Of a stretch of 64,000 nucleotides of DNA, positions 1-11,885 are shown one piece after another. A program made the position numbers and the translations under genes. The notes beneath the pieces were generated by a model. The model worked only from the letters and a program-made list of their open reading frames with translations. It made no database searches and was not told the DNA's origin. Source of the DNA: Paraspadella gotoi. Its lineage: Eukaryota; Animalia; Chaetognatha. Positions within the stretch are counted from its first letter, which is position 1. Each line of letters opens with the position of its first letter. The stretch spans positions 7,712,632 through 7,776,631 of the forward strand of contig CM119268.1 of NCBI GenBank assembly GCA_051294375.1. The letters run 5' to 3'.

Positions 1-11
1 CTTACTCGCCT

Positions 12-440
12 TTACTCACCTCGGCTACGCTTTTGCAAACGGGACAACAGATGGCGAAGCCTTTTGCCTCTGGGGGTCGAATATCGAGGGGATGGAAACG
101 AATTGGGTGTGGAAACCCCAGTTAAGAGTGCTATGAGGCGGGAGTGATGTGGTGGTGAAGAAATACTGAATAGAGTAATAAGGAGGTTATAAAAGGACTG
201 GAATTGTGTTTGGAGAAGACGTAGAGGCAGGAAAGCGTGACTGTTGACTTGAATGAGAAGAGACCGAGAGTTGATCTGGATTTTAAAACACTGAACAGCT
301 GCGGTAAAGGTTTTAGAGGTGAATTGTACCTTGCTGGTAAAAGGTAAACTGAAGTGCAAAAACAGTATACTGGTTTGCATAAACGATGAACTTTCGCTAA
401 TAAGTTGTGAATAAGAGGAATAGAGTTGTGAAGGTGAGCA
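12..440 (-). mobile_element. Possible degenerate N-terminal ORF fragment of a Penelope-like retroelement
   Basis: The minus-strand frames read RKFIVYANQYTVFALQFTFYQQ... and ...FTAAVQCFKIQINSRSLLIQVNSH...RLLQTQFQ...KRLRHLLSRLQ. By eye this resembles the helical N-terminal domain that precedes RT in Penelope-like elements. It is frameshifted, and no RT or GIY-YIG domain lies inside the window. Confidence 0.35.
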
Positions 441-479
441 AGGAAAAGGTTAAGAGCGGTAAATAGGACACAAGAAATT

Positions 480-657
480 GTGAACTGGAGTGAACTGGAG
501 TGAAAAACTGTGAACTGGAGTGAACTGGAGTGAAAAACTGTGAACTGGAGCGCGCAACAGTGAAATGAATCGTGATATGTACTGTGAACTTGGGCATAAA
601 AGCGGTTAACGGGTGCAAAGAAAGGGTAAACTGGAGTGAATAACTGTGAACTGGAGC
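480..657. repeat. GTGAACTGGA 10-bp repeat arranged in a 30-bp higher-order unit
   Basis: (TGAACTGGAG TGAACTGGAG TGAAAAACTG) occurs twice plus a partial copy at 481-550. Scattered AACTGGAG/GTGAACT copies continue to ~657. Confidence 0.9.
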
Positions 658-925
658 AGTGATAAGCGGAAGGGGAGGACTGGTAACGGAAAGCGGAAAA
701 AAGTAGTGAGGGCGAAAAAAGGGGAATTTGATTAGTTTATTCATCGTCACGTTTCTCCCCCCGTCCAAGGTCCCTCGGGGGAGGAAGAAGGAGGGGAAGA
801 AAGGGAGAAAAGGGAGGAAAGAGGAAAGAGGAAAGAAACTGAAGGAAATTGGAGGAAGAACGGAGTATGTGCGTTTACTATGCGACGAGTACGAAAACGG
901 TTTACGAATAGCAAAATAATGAAGA

Positions 926-1345
926 AACAAGAACGGTAATTCAAATGTGTTGCGCCGCCATGTATTTATCGTGACATGACATGATATGACGTGATATGAC
1001 ATGACATGATGTGATATGACATGACATGATTAAATGACTGCAATAACTTTTTTAGCCCGTGTATTTTTGACACGCACTGCATTGGAATTTTGTTTTTTAT
1101 TCTTTATTGTTTTAGGATTTCCTGAAGGCGGCGCTTGCAGTCCCTTAGATTTGATGTTTTTTCCTATCTTGACACATGAGCAACCAATTATATGCAAGTT
1201 ATGAGTTAGTGGGACAGACCGATGGACAGACATACCGACCAACTGATTGACAGACCAACCGACTGATCGACGGACCAACCGACAGACCGACCAAAAAGTG
1301 ACTTATAGAGTTGCTCCGCGAGTACTCGCGGCGCAACTAAAAAAA
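926..1345 (-). mobile_element. DINE-1/Helentron-associated non-autonomous element (HINE-like), copy 1
   Basis: Subterminal inverted repeat GTTGCGCCGC (949-958) / GCGGCGCAAC (1328-1337). A 30-bp near-perfect palindrome AGTTGCtCCGCGAGTACTCGCGGcGCAACT lies at 1309-1338. A GACA/GACC-type microsatellite spans ~1213-1292, and the flanks are A-runs with no TSD. Homologues at 24141-24465 and 61944-62236. Confidence 0.65.
973..1030. repeat. (ATGAC/ATGAT)n pentanucleotide microsatellite inside the HINE-like element
   Basis: gacatgacatgatatgacgtgatatgacatgacatgatgtgatatgacatgacatgat. Confidence 0.9.
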
Positions 1346-2488
1346 CATGTTTGAAGGCAGTGGGAAATATGAGAAAAGGTGATAAAAAAAGGGGAAAATA
1401 AACAATGAGAGTTTTAATAAACAAAAGCAGGCGATTGAAAGCAAAAATGGCATGAAAAGAACTCAAATTAAATTAGAAAGGGAAACTAAGAGAATCGAAC
1501 GAAGAAAATATGTCATGGGCTCATGGCGGGAAAAAAAATACATGTTACGCCGTGAGGAAGTTGGCGAGGAAAGTGAGGGAGAAAGAAAAGAAAAAAAAAG
1601 GAAGAAAAAAAAAAGATAATGTACGAACGGAGAAGAAGAAAGAGAGGAAGGCGCGAAGTCGTGGACCAGAATATCGACGAGGAGAGATCAGGAGGAAAGA
1701 GGGAGGAAACTAAAAGGGAGGAAAGGAAAAAAAAATACGAGGAAGGAGAGAGAGAGAGATAAAAGAAAAGAAAAGGGAGGAAAGGNNNNNNNNNNNNNNN
1801 NNNNNNNNNNNNNNNNNNNNNNNNNNNNNNNNNNNNNNNNNNNNNNNNNNNNNNNNNNNNNNNNNNNNNNNNNNNNNNNNNNNNNNNNNNNNNNNNNNNN
1901 NNNNNNNNNNNNNNNNNNNNNNNNNNNNNNNNNNNNNNNNNNNNNNNNNNNNNNNNNNNNNNNNNNNNNNNNNNNNNNNNNNNNNNNNNNNNNNNNNNNN
2001 NNNNNNNNNNNNNNNNNNNNNNNNNNNNNNNNNNNNNNNNNNNNNNNNNNNNNNNNNNNNNNNNNNNNNNNNNNNNNNNNNNNNNNNNNNNNNNNNNNNN
2101 NNNNNNNNNNNNNNNNNNNNNNNNNNNNNNNNNNNNNNNNNNNNNNNNNNNNNNNNNNNNNNNNNNNNNNNNNNNNNNNNNNNNNNNNAAAAAAATACGA
2201 GGAAAGAGAGAGAGAGATAAAAGAAAAGAAAAGGTGCCAAAAGTTTAGTTGGCTGAAAAAAACTTGGGGGGGGGGAACGGAGGAAGATCAAAAAAGACCG
2301 AATGATTAATATCGCGGTATAACATGATATTTAAATTTTTTTACTTAACAATAAAGCTTTAACTTGTTCCTTCTAAAAATAGATGGGGAAACTAGATGTG
2401 GGCTGTTTGAGGCAAACAACAACGCCCGTTGGCGATGCACTTCCGGTGTGTTGTGGGGACCGGAGGATACTGGGCATGCAACGATCGA

Positions 2489-2533
<45 letters not shown>

Positions 2534-4528
2534 CCGACTAGAACTCCACACATACGTTTCGACACTCTCCACTTTTTTTTTCCTCCCGGCTCCGTCGCCG
2601 TCAGAACCACGCGTCTTTCTTGTCAACGTCTGTCAATTTGCTCTTAGCGTCGCCCGTCGTCTGGCTTCGTTATTGATGCTACTTTGTCAATTCTCCTCGG
2701 GTTTTTCGTCGTCAACGTCGGTCGGACGATGGCGCCACGATTTCCGGCAGACGACGATATAATTCACGGAGTGAGAGAAGAGGGAAGCCCGGACCTCTGC
2801 CCGACGGAGAGATCGGGAGGGAGGGAAAGTCTGCCCGACTAGAGGGGCGGGTCGGACAGTTGGAAGGTATAATAGTTATGACCCGAGTGAAGGGAGTCTG
2901 ACACACAGGCCATTTCTAATAAAAGAATAAGATTACTTTTTTTAAACTTTATAGAGTCATTTCAATTACGTAATGATAATAAGTATAAGTAATAAATATT
3001 ACGAATTGGTGGGGGATTTTATTGTTGTTCTCTATATATATATTAATTTATTATATAATTAATATATTAATTTTAAGCTCTCATTCCTCTTCATACCATT
3101 CCTAGTTTCTTCCCCTTCTCTTTTTCTTTGATACCCCCACGTCACTTTCCTTTCTTTTCCCCATCTTTTCCTTTTTTTTTCTCCGGTCTAATCTTTTCTG
3201 TTCCTATCTTTTTCTCTTTCAAAACCTTCCCCATTTCCGCTCTCTCCCTGACTTCCCTCCCTCTCTCTCATCCTCCCCCAAGGAGACAAATTCTGTCCGT
3301 CCTTGCGCCGAGTTGGCCAAAAAAAAAAGTGTCGCTCCATATGAGGAATTACTGGAGTGACACCATTTCTTATCGGGCGAAGCCTTTTATTCTTTTCTTT
3401 ANNNNNNNNNNNNNNNNNNNNNNNNNNNNNNNNNNNNNNNNNNNNNNNNNNNNNNNNNNNNNNNNNNNNNNNNNNNNNNNNNNNNNNNNNNNNNNNNNNN
3501 NNNNNNNNNNNNNNNNNNNNNNNNNNNNNNNNNNNNNNNNNNNNNNNNNNNNNNNNNNNNNNNNNNNNNNAGAGAGAGAGAGAGAGAGAGAGAGCCAGAG
3601 GTTGTCATATCATTCAAAGCTCCGGTTTGACAAACGTCGAGTGAGATTACCGACGAAGCAAATTCAAATTAGATTTTTTATTATAACTTGTATTTTTTAT
3701 GAAACTCGGTCTTTGTGAGGCTGCGTCAATTGGTCCTTCTACTTCTCTGTCCTTTTCTCGGTCCTCTTTATCTTTATATGTCCTACGTTCCTTTTATCTA
3801 AATTAAAAAAAAAAACAAAAAAAACAACCGTACTTCACCAACGTTAACTCCACGACCAAAAATAATTTTCGCAACATTTTAGTTAGAACTTCTTTCCGGT
3901 TTCGTCGCCATATTTTTTTTCCCTTCCTTTTACTGCTTCCCTCTCGATCTTCTCCCGACGGAGAAAACCCGAGGATTTTTAATTTTCTCGGAATTATCCT
4001 TGACGTTGAGGTCGACGGGTCGAAATTCGCACCCTGAGACGCCCCATAAGGTGAGGTGGCTCGGTTGGGTAGGTCGATTCCGTTGATGTAGTCATCCAGC
4101 GGGAGGGAGTCGGTTTGTAGCGGTTTGTCAATTCTACGATTGCAACTAATCAGTTATATCAGAATAGGATTGTCACTTATTTTTTTATAGAGGAACTGTT
4201 AAGAAAGAAAATGTCAGATAATAAGAAGGGAAAAGGTTGACAAGATATCAGAATATTTGATCGTGATATTTCAGTGGAGCGATATCGTGTCATTTTAATT
4301 AAAGAGAACCTCTGGAAGCGTTTCTCTTTGAGCTACTACCCAAAAATAAAGAAAAAAGCAGAAGAAAAACAAAGACATGAAATTGGTAGCGATTCTGTCA
4401 ATCATTCTCATTTTTACGATTTCCCAACAAGATTTTTGCGTTTGGCTCCTACGCTTTTGCGTCTTCCCTATCTCGTTGGATATGAAAATAGAGCGACATG
4501 AGAGATATGAGAGAGAGAGAGAGAAAGT

Positions 4529-4577
<49 letters not shown>

Positions 4578-5135
4578 CGCAAAAAGTAGATAAAAAAAAT
4601 GTCATCGAAGATGAAATCTGGCCAAAAATAGCTCCTTCGGTCTTCGCAACATAATTTTTTAGGCGGGAAATAAAGATGGCACCAGAGGACATCCCCAAGA
4701 CTCCTCTTCCTCCTTTCTCCTTTCCGCCCACATTGCCTGGCCTCAGAGTTTCCACAAACTTTATATATTAATTTTTCTCCCTTCATCCTCGACTTTCTCT
4801 ACTTTGTATCGTTTATTCCTTCAGTCTAGCGAAATAAAAAAAAACCCTCTTTTTTCTATTTTTAGACTTTTTTTTTTATCTCTCTCTCTCTCTTCCTTCT
4901 CTCCTTTTATTGGCCGCCAATTCCGCCTACGAGTATAATTCGCCTCCATTTTCAATACTTGACATCAGATTTATCGTCTTTTTCCAACTTCTTCAGATTA
5001 TTCTTCTTCTTTTTCTTTTTCTTTCTTTCTTCTTCTCCATTCTACTTCCACAACTTTTCTTTCCCTCTATATGAGCTCAGCTTTTTCTGATTTTAGACCG
5101 GAACAAATCCATAACTAAATTCAAATAAAGACAGA
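1035..5135. repeat. Duplicated block A, copy 1 (inverted copy at 19381-24450)
   Basis: gaccggaacaaatccataactaaattcaaataa (~5096-5128) is the reverse complement of ttatttgaatttagttatggatttgttccggtc (~19388-19420). The two copies are collinear through to the HINE-like element. Confidence 0.95.
4033..4133 (-). CDS. Candidate internal exon of an unknown multi-exon gene (IDKPLQTDSLPLDDYINGIDLPNRATSPYGASQ)
   Basis: Acceptor cgtag| and donor g|gtgcga, with an open frame rich in C-ending codons. A second frame is also open. A noisy copy lies at 20392-20498 (+). Confidence 0.55.
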
Positions 5136-5491
5136 NNNNNNNNNNNNNNNNNNNNNNNNNNNNNNNNNNNNNNNNNNNNNNNNNNNNNNNNNNNNNNNNN
5201 NNNNNNNNNNNNNNNNNNNNNNNNNNNNNNNNNNNNNNNNNNNNNNNNNNNNNNNNNNNNNNNNNNNNNNNNNNNNNNNNNNNNNNNNNNNNNNNNNNNN
5301 NNNNNNNNNNNNNNNNNNNNNNNNNNNNNNNNNNNNNNNNNNNNNNNNNNNNNNNNNNNNNNNNNNNNNNNNNNNNNNNNNNNNNNNNNNNNNNNNNNNN
5401 NNNNNNNNNNNNNNNNNNNNNNNNNNNNNNNNNNNNAATAAGATTGAGTTTTACGCAGTGTTACACTTTCTTAACACTTGTATACACGCAC

Positions 5492-5588
5492 CGTCAGAGA
5501 CGAAGGGACTTTCCGATAAATTCTTCGGCATCAACGCAGCCTGGGCGCTTGGAATCTGGGCCTTGTCGTCGTCGTCGTCGTCGTCGTT
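5492..5588 (-). CDS. Candidate internal exon (NDDDDDDDKAQIPSAQAALMPKNLSESPFVSD)
   Basis: Acceptor ctgacag| and donor g|gtgcgt. Only this frame is open between the two sites. Confidence 0.5.
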
Positions 5589-6003
5589 CTGTCAGTCGTC
5601 GTTGCGTGACTCCTTTCGTACCCAATCTCATGATAAAATCGTGGGTCCCTCTTGCGGTTTCAGGAGAAACTCCGGTGATAATTATTTTTCCCCTTTTTAC
5701 GATTTCCGGCGACGAAGGATAAAGCGATGTAAAGATATTAAGTTCACTCCTAATTCTATAGTTCAACAAAAAATATAAATTAAAGTTACTTCAACTGTAT
5801 CTCATACTTCTACGAAAAATTTTAGTAATCAAGGCGATTGACAATAAATTTAATGGTAAAATATCAACAAATGTTTTGTTTTCAACAATTTTTTTTTAGC
5901 CAAAGATTTCTTCAGTTTGGTTTCGTAGGAATCTTTTTGTGCCAGTGTTGATGCGATACGCGAATCCCCAAGATTATACTCAAACTGATTAGACTTACCT
6001 TAC

Positions 6004-6033
6004 CCCAGCCTCTCTGGACCCCATCGCCTCAGC
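6004..6033 (-). CDS. Candidate 30-nt micro-exon (AEAMGSREAG in the phase-0 reading)
   Basis: Acceptor tgtag| with tandem donors ggg|gtaagg and aag|gtaagt (the second gives 5999-6033). The 30-nt form is phase-compatible with the 5492-5588 exon. Confidence 0.4.
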
Positions 6034-6203
6034 CTACATTTTTCAAATCATGTCATAACTCACCCTTCAACTCACCCATCGACCCACAAGCCCGACTCAT
6101 TTTCCGCGACAAAAAAAGAAAAAAAAAAGAAAACCACAATTGTCAGGACACGGGTTCGAATACCAGCCCTCCAAAAAAAATGTTTTATCGTCGTCTGAAA
6201 GAG

Positions 6204-6234
<31 letters not shown>

Positions 6235-6266
6235 TTAGAGAGAAAATAAAAGAGAAAAAAAAAGGG

Positions 6267-6337
<71 letters not shown>

Positions 6338-6948
6338 GCAGAGCTCGCCGACCTGATCTTACCGAATCAACTGCGTCTCATGGAAAAGGGGAAAATGCGA
6401 TCTCGCGAAATCTTGGAATTTGGATCTGGAATTTTTCTCGGGTTTTTTTTTCTCGATGTCTAGGCGGTCTTGTTGATCAAATTATCCGCGGGGGTATTTT
6501 TTAGGATAGAGAATGAATTATTGGGTTTTTTTCCTTTTTTATTGGTTTCCTGTTAATTTTACGTATATTTTTATTGATTTTTTATATTTAAATTCCAAAT
6601 TTATTAAATTATAGTGTTTTTTCAGTGACGGATCACAATACTTGAAGATGTTTATCGAATAATTCATTTTGTGAAAATCACATCGTGAAGTCTAGAGTCG
6701 AACTTTATATTTCCACATCGCTCAATTTTAACCCGAGGAGTTTCAAATATATTTCCTTGGCTCTTTATTTGCAAATAAAATGTTAATATGTTTTGAAAAA
6801 CATTGGAAGTTAATTTGTCAGGAAAATATTAAAGATTCAATTTATTATGGCGGGAGCGGGCAGTACACAAAAAAGAGTTCCAAACTGATCAACATTTTCA
6901 CATTAATTGCTTGGAACAAACCAGACTTACGACTCCAACTATCCTAAT

Positions 6949-8126
6949 TAGTGTTCGATAACCGTTAAACTGTTAACTTAAACCGTTAATATATTTATTT
7001 TAACGGTTATTCGGTTAATTTTCAACTCGTGATTTTTTTCAATTTTTTGGTATAAAAATCTTAAATTTAAACCAACAAAAATATATAGTTTTTCCTATCC
7101 TCTCTTATTCCTCTCTCCCCTTCCTCACACATATTTTAACCCCTCTCTCTCTTCTCCACTTTTCCTGCTTTTCCTTTGTTATTTTTTTCTTCTTTTTTCT
7201 ATCCTAATCTTCTCTTATCTTTCTTCCCCTTATTTATCTCCTTCATCTTTTCTTTCTTCTATTTCTTTTTCCTTTTCTCTCCTTCTCGCCATTTCCATTT
7301 TTCTCTCCTTTTTTCTCCTTTTTTCTTCCCTTCACATGCACAAATATATATTCAATTTAGTTAAAAATAAAATAATCTTTCTTATTTTATTTTTTTTCTC
7401 TCTAAATGAACAAAGCAGCAAATGAAATAAAAAACGAATGAATGAAAAAATTAATAAAAAACCGAATAAAAAGATTTTTTATAAAAAATTAAAAATTGAT
7501 ATAGAAGGAACGAATCTTAAAAAAGACATTAAGGCTAAACTTAAAACTAAAACTACTTTTAATTAATGAAAAATATATTATAATCAATAAATATTTGAAT
7601 TCAAGGAAAATCAACCAAGTCATATCAAAATATTATAATTATATTTAATATTAAGGTCCATAGACCATTGGTCTGGTTATGAAAAGACTAACAACAGAAA
7701 AACAAGCGTTCAAGAAACTAAAACTACAATAATGAGGAAGAAGGTAGTGAAAAAAAAAAATAGAAGCAAAAAAGGAAGAAGAGAAAACATTAATTATACA
7801 TAAATTAGTATTTGACGTGTATCTTTCGTTTCGTTGCATTATGAGATTAGCAAAATAGTTTTGTTCTGGTTACAACAACCATTTTATTTGACATAAAAAA
7901 CAAACATCGTTTCGACTCTTTCGAGCTTCTTCAGCGCATTTCAGGAGCCAGGTTAAAAGAGAAATACCATTAATATACTTTTAGTTGTTTTATAATCTTA
8001 ATATTTAAATCTTAAAGTAATTATAAAATTAACTCGATCTTTAACGGTTAACCGTTAAAAATTGTTATTAACGGTTAGCTCGGAATTTTCCTAACAAATT
8101 ATAAAACCGGTTTAATCGGAACTCTA
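6949..8126. mobile_element. Non-autonomous hAT-superfamily DNA transposon (MITE-like, ~1178 bp)
   Basis: Absent from the duplicate, whose empty site reads ccaactactcctaatatag at ~18087-18105. 8-bp TSD atcctaat (6941-6948) / ctcctaat (8127-8134). Imperfect TIRs TAGTGTTCGATAACCG and (reverse complement) TAGAGTTCCGATTAAACCG. AACCGTTAA/TAACGGTTA subterminal repeats at both ends and an AT-rich non-coding interior. Confidence 0.85.
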
Positions 8127-8345
8127 CTCCTAATATAGAAACATTTGGTTGATTGTAACAGTTGTCTTCCGAGTCTTTCCACTCGCGCGGAAGATCGAGT
8201 CACAATGTGGTTCGAACCCTGAAGGTCTCCAACTTTTGAGCTCAAATTTCCAGGGACGTCTCGCGCTTCTCGCTTTCTCGTGTCTTGGAGCAGAAGAGAA
8301 GAGAGAGAGAAGAGAGAGAGAGAGAGAGCAGAAGAGAGAGAGAGA

Positions 8346-8376
<31 letters not shown>

Positions 8377-8779
8377 CGAGAGAGAAAGAGATCGTTCGAA
8401 AGAAGCGACGAAAAGCAGAGAAAACAGAGAGAAGAGAAAATAAATAAGGAAGGAAAAGATAACAAAACAGAAGAAGAGGAAGAAAGAGAAAAAAGAGAGA
8501 AGAGAGAGAATTCGTCAAGAAAAAAGGGATAACTTTTTCGGGTTACGATATTTCCGAAATCTACGAGGAACTTGGGAGTAGACCCGAGAGATGGCGCGGC
8601 CGAGAGAAAACAACAAACAAAAGGGAAAAGAAGATAAAAAAAAGAAGAAAGAGCGAAACTCCGTCCCGTTGGCAAAAAGGCTATTTTTTTTCCTATTTTT
8701 TTATTTTTCTCTTTTAGATCAAAGCGCTGACTCATATTTTGTGAATCACAGCCCGTGCCATGGTTCCCTTTGTTTGAGG

Positions 8780-8856
<77 letters not shown>

Positions 8857-9028
8857 CAGAGAGGAGAGAGAGAGAGAGCAGAAAAAAAAGTCAAAAGAGA
8901 AAAGAAAAAGAAGAAAATGAGAGGGAGTCCCTATTTTATCGGAAAAAATTGGTCACGTCAGGTCTATGGAGCAGAATTATTTTTCTGGGTTTAATTGTCG
9001 TCCCCTTTTTCTCCCGCTGAACACTCAC

Positions 9029-9121
9029 TTATCGAGATATAACCTTTCACGACGTTGGCTTAAAAGAGCCGACCGTGAGAGGGCTTGAGGAGTATTTGCT
9101 TCGAGTTATGGCGCATTTCTT
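9029..9121 (-). CDS. Candidate exon, frameshifted by indels (~MRHNSKQYSSALTVG...ANVVKGYLD)
   Basis: Acceptor atccag| and a strong |gtgagt donor are present in both copies (the other is 18937-19019). The peptide is a consensus that needs indel correction. Confidence 0.4.
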
Positions 9122-9714
9122 CTGGATATTATGGGCTTATAAATAGGAATTCGCTTCGTCATGAAAAGTAATTTAGTAGTTCCATCGATAAAATAAAGTA
9201 AGAAATTCCACCGTAATATTTTTTCGAAATGATGAAGAGAGAAAATAAAATTTATCGACGAAAGAACCAGAAAAAAAAAAAAACCCAATGTTTGTTTTGA
9301 TTTTTTAAAAGCGACACATTGATCCCAAAAGTGTCAAAGGCGGTCATTACTTTTCAAAAACATCTCTCTCTCTCTCTCTCTCCTCTCTCTCCTCTCTCTC
9401 TTCTCTCTCTCTCCTCTCTCTCTCTGCCTTCTCTTTCTTTCTCTCTTCTCTCTTCTCCTCTCTCTCTCCTCATTGATTACATTCACATACCCTTAAGATT
9501 TCCGCCGAACCCGTGTTTTTTGTGGTTTTCTCCCGTTTTTGTTTTCACGTAATCTCTCTTTATCGCTTCTCGCCTCCGCGTGAGCCGGTCATCGTGCCTA
9601 CCACAATCTACCCATCCACTCCCCATCTCATTATTTACCATCCCCTAACCCCATCCCTTTCCCTTCCACATATCCCATCCCCTTCCATAATCCCATCTGC
9701 CATCCCTCCCCCAG

Positions 9715-9845
9715 AAAATCTTGCTCCAACCTCCTTAATCCTCTCGTCGTTGGCGCCGTCATTGACCCTAGCATCAAAGGCCTCTGGCGTGCCCATGAAT
9801 GCCTTTTGACCAAGGTCGTCAGAGAGGGGAGTGAAGACTCGTAGG
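9715..9845 (+). CDS. Candidate exon (~KSCSNLLNPLVVGAVIDPSIKGLWRA...), 3' part frameshifted
   Basis: Pyrimidine-rich intron end with a ccag| acceptor, and a g|gtga donor. Copy at 24728-24856. Confidence 0.4.
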
Positions 9846-11734
9846 GTGACGATTGTGACCGAGCCCGGTTAGGGGGAGAGTGGGAAGGCAATGGGAGAGA
9901 TAAAGGAGGATGGATAAGGAGAAAAAAGTGCGAGTAAGAAGAAAAGAAGGAAAAGGAAAGATCGTAACAGTAAAGACAGATGTATATGCAATCGAAACCG
10001 CCGAGTAAAGTGTTTTAAGACGTGGCTAAATAAAACCGGGATAAAGAAACTGAAAAATTGCCGGAAGAGCCGTTCGTATTGTTTTTCTTGGAATTATGCC
10101 TAGTTTTGATTTGAACGAGAAGTCAATGTCTTGTAAAATGACGGTTCCCGCATTACAACAAACATGATATGCAATAAGCAAGCGAAAAACACCTACCAGC
10201 AATATAGCCTATTTTCTGATCCACCACACCCGCCGACCATTTTCGGAGGTCTCGCTCGATCAGCCCATCAGCGCATTGATATAATCTCGGGTCATCGACA
10301 TCTCAGACGCATCAGGTGGTCTTGTTGGAAGCGGATTTGAAAAAACAAGGAAGCCAAGGAGAGAAGCGCCGGAGAGCAGGAGGCGGAGGCAACTCGCTCA
10401 AAGGTCGGAAAGGGTTTCCGTCCGACCGGGGCGGATGAGACGCGACAATGCTAAGGGTTGAGACTTGCAACGATGAAGAGATGTGCAAATGGAGGGCAAT
10501 GGATTATAGAAATGAAAAGGCAGACAATTGGAGGACGGATTTTAGGATCTAGAAAAAGACGTAATAGTACATAGAATTGTTATACAAGAATGAGGCGGCG
10601 CTTGGAGATGACCGATTTGCGACACACGTTACAATCAACGGGCGGCATATAGTGGTGACCCAATGAGAAAACTGACGACCGTCGAAAATTATGACGGAAA
10701 CAGCAATAGTTCGCGACGCGTAACGACCGGCTAGAAGACAAACGACGGTCACGGGCGGATACGACTGATAATTCGACCGAATAGTCCGCGCCGAGAACCG
10801 AAAACGCCGCCTGACCCTCTGAACGGCGGTCGGCGTCACGCGGCCGTCGCGGCAGGCGTCGCGCGGGGAGCGTCATGACGCGCGTCACGCGGGCGAAAAC
10901 GAGTCCTTGACAGTCACGGATGTCGTTTTTACTCGTGGGAGGAGAATGGGAAGTGATCGCGGGTTGGAAGAACTTGATGGAGAAATGCTGAAGAGGAAAG
11001 AGGCAAATGAGAGAGAGAAATTATTTTAAAAAAAAACGAACGAACGAAAAAAAGAATAGAAAAAATAAGAAAAAGTAGCTCAAAACAAAAAAAGAAAAAA
11101 AGCGATGGACAAAAAAAAAATAGAGAACAATGATCGGACAATGCAAGACAAGAAAAGAGAAAAAGGAGAAGATAAAAATGAGAAAAAGAAAAAAGAAAAT
11201 AAATAAATTAGACCAACTCCGCGAACGAGTTCCAACTATCCCGGTACAAGGGGGAAGATTTTTCTCGTGACTGAAACTCTCTCTTCTCTCTCTCTCTCTC
11301 TCTCTCCTCTCTCCTCTCTTTCGTGCCATCTCTCCTGCTCTCCTCTCTCCCCTCCCTCTAGCCGCGGGTCTGCCTCTTCACTTTTCTTCTTCCATCCTCC
11401 TTTTCTGCCCAGGGCATTGAACGAGAGACCGAAGAAGATCAGGTGATCTTTGCGATGGAAAATAATTTTTTTTTTGCCTTAATTAGTCTGAGAAACTGAA
11501 AATGTGGCGGGAAGACGAAAGTTGTGTGAGAGTGGCTGCTTTATTATGGCGTTCCTATTTGTAAGTGCCTTGTCGCTAGAGAGATTATTCGTTCGTGTTA
11601 GCTTTTTTTTTTTTGAGCAGCAACTGAGAAAGAGAATTATCATTCATAAAGTTATGGATTCTTTCAAATTCTGTGATCTTACTAAACGAATTTTGCCTAA
11701 TTTGGTATCATGTCATGATTTTTGAATCGATTGT

Positions 11735-11885
11735 ATCTGATTTGATTTGATGATGTTGATTGATTGATTGATTTGATTGATTGATTGATTGATTGATTGA
11801 TGATTGATTCATTCATTCATTCATTGCTTTCCCTCAATTCATTCATTCATTCATTCTGATTCATTCATCATTATTCATCCAATTC
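11735..11885. repeat. Compound (ATTG)n then (ATTC)n tetranucleotide microsatellite
   Basis: Directly visible. A longer copy lies at 26476-26720. Confidence 0.9.

Larger units (their letters stand above)
6290..9360. repeat. Duplicated block B, copy 1 (direct copy at 17496-19270, which lacks the hAT insertion)
   Basis: Shared unique sequence such as gcagagctcgccgacc...caactgcgtct and gacacattgatcccaaaagtgt. Confidence 0.95.

Noticed and set aside
6141-6173. GGTTCGAA B-box / tRNA-Leu 3'-end-like fragment
   Set aside because: No 5' half, D-arm or anticodon arm is present. At most a decayed remnant.
8099-8994. Long ORFs rich in ER/SL/FL/KE, here and at 12340, 15776, 23270, 29950, 52932 and 59547
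   Set aside because: They are translations of stop-free microsatellite or purine tracts and are not frame-conserved between the duplicates.
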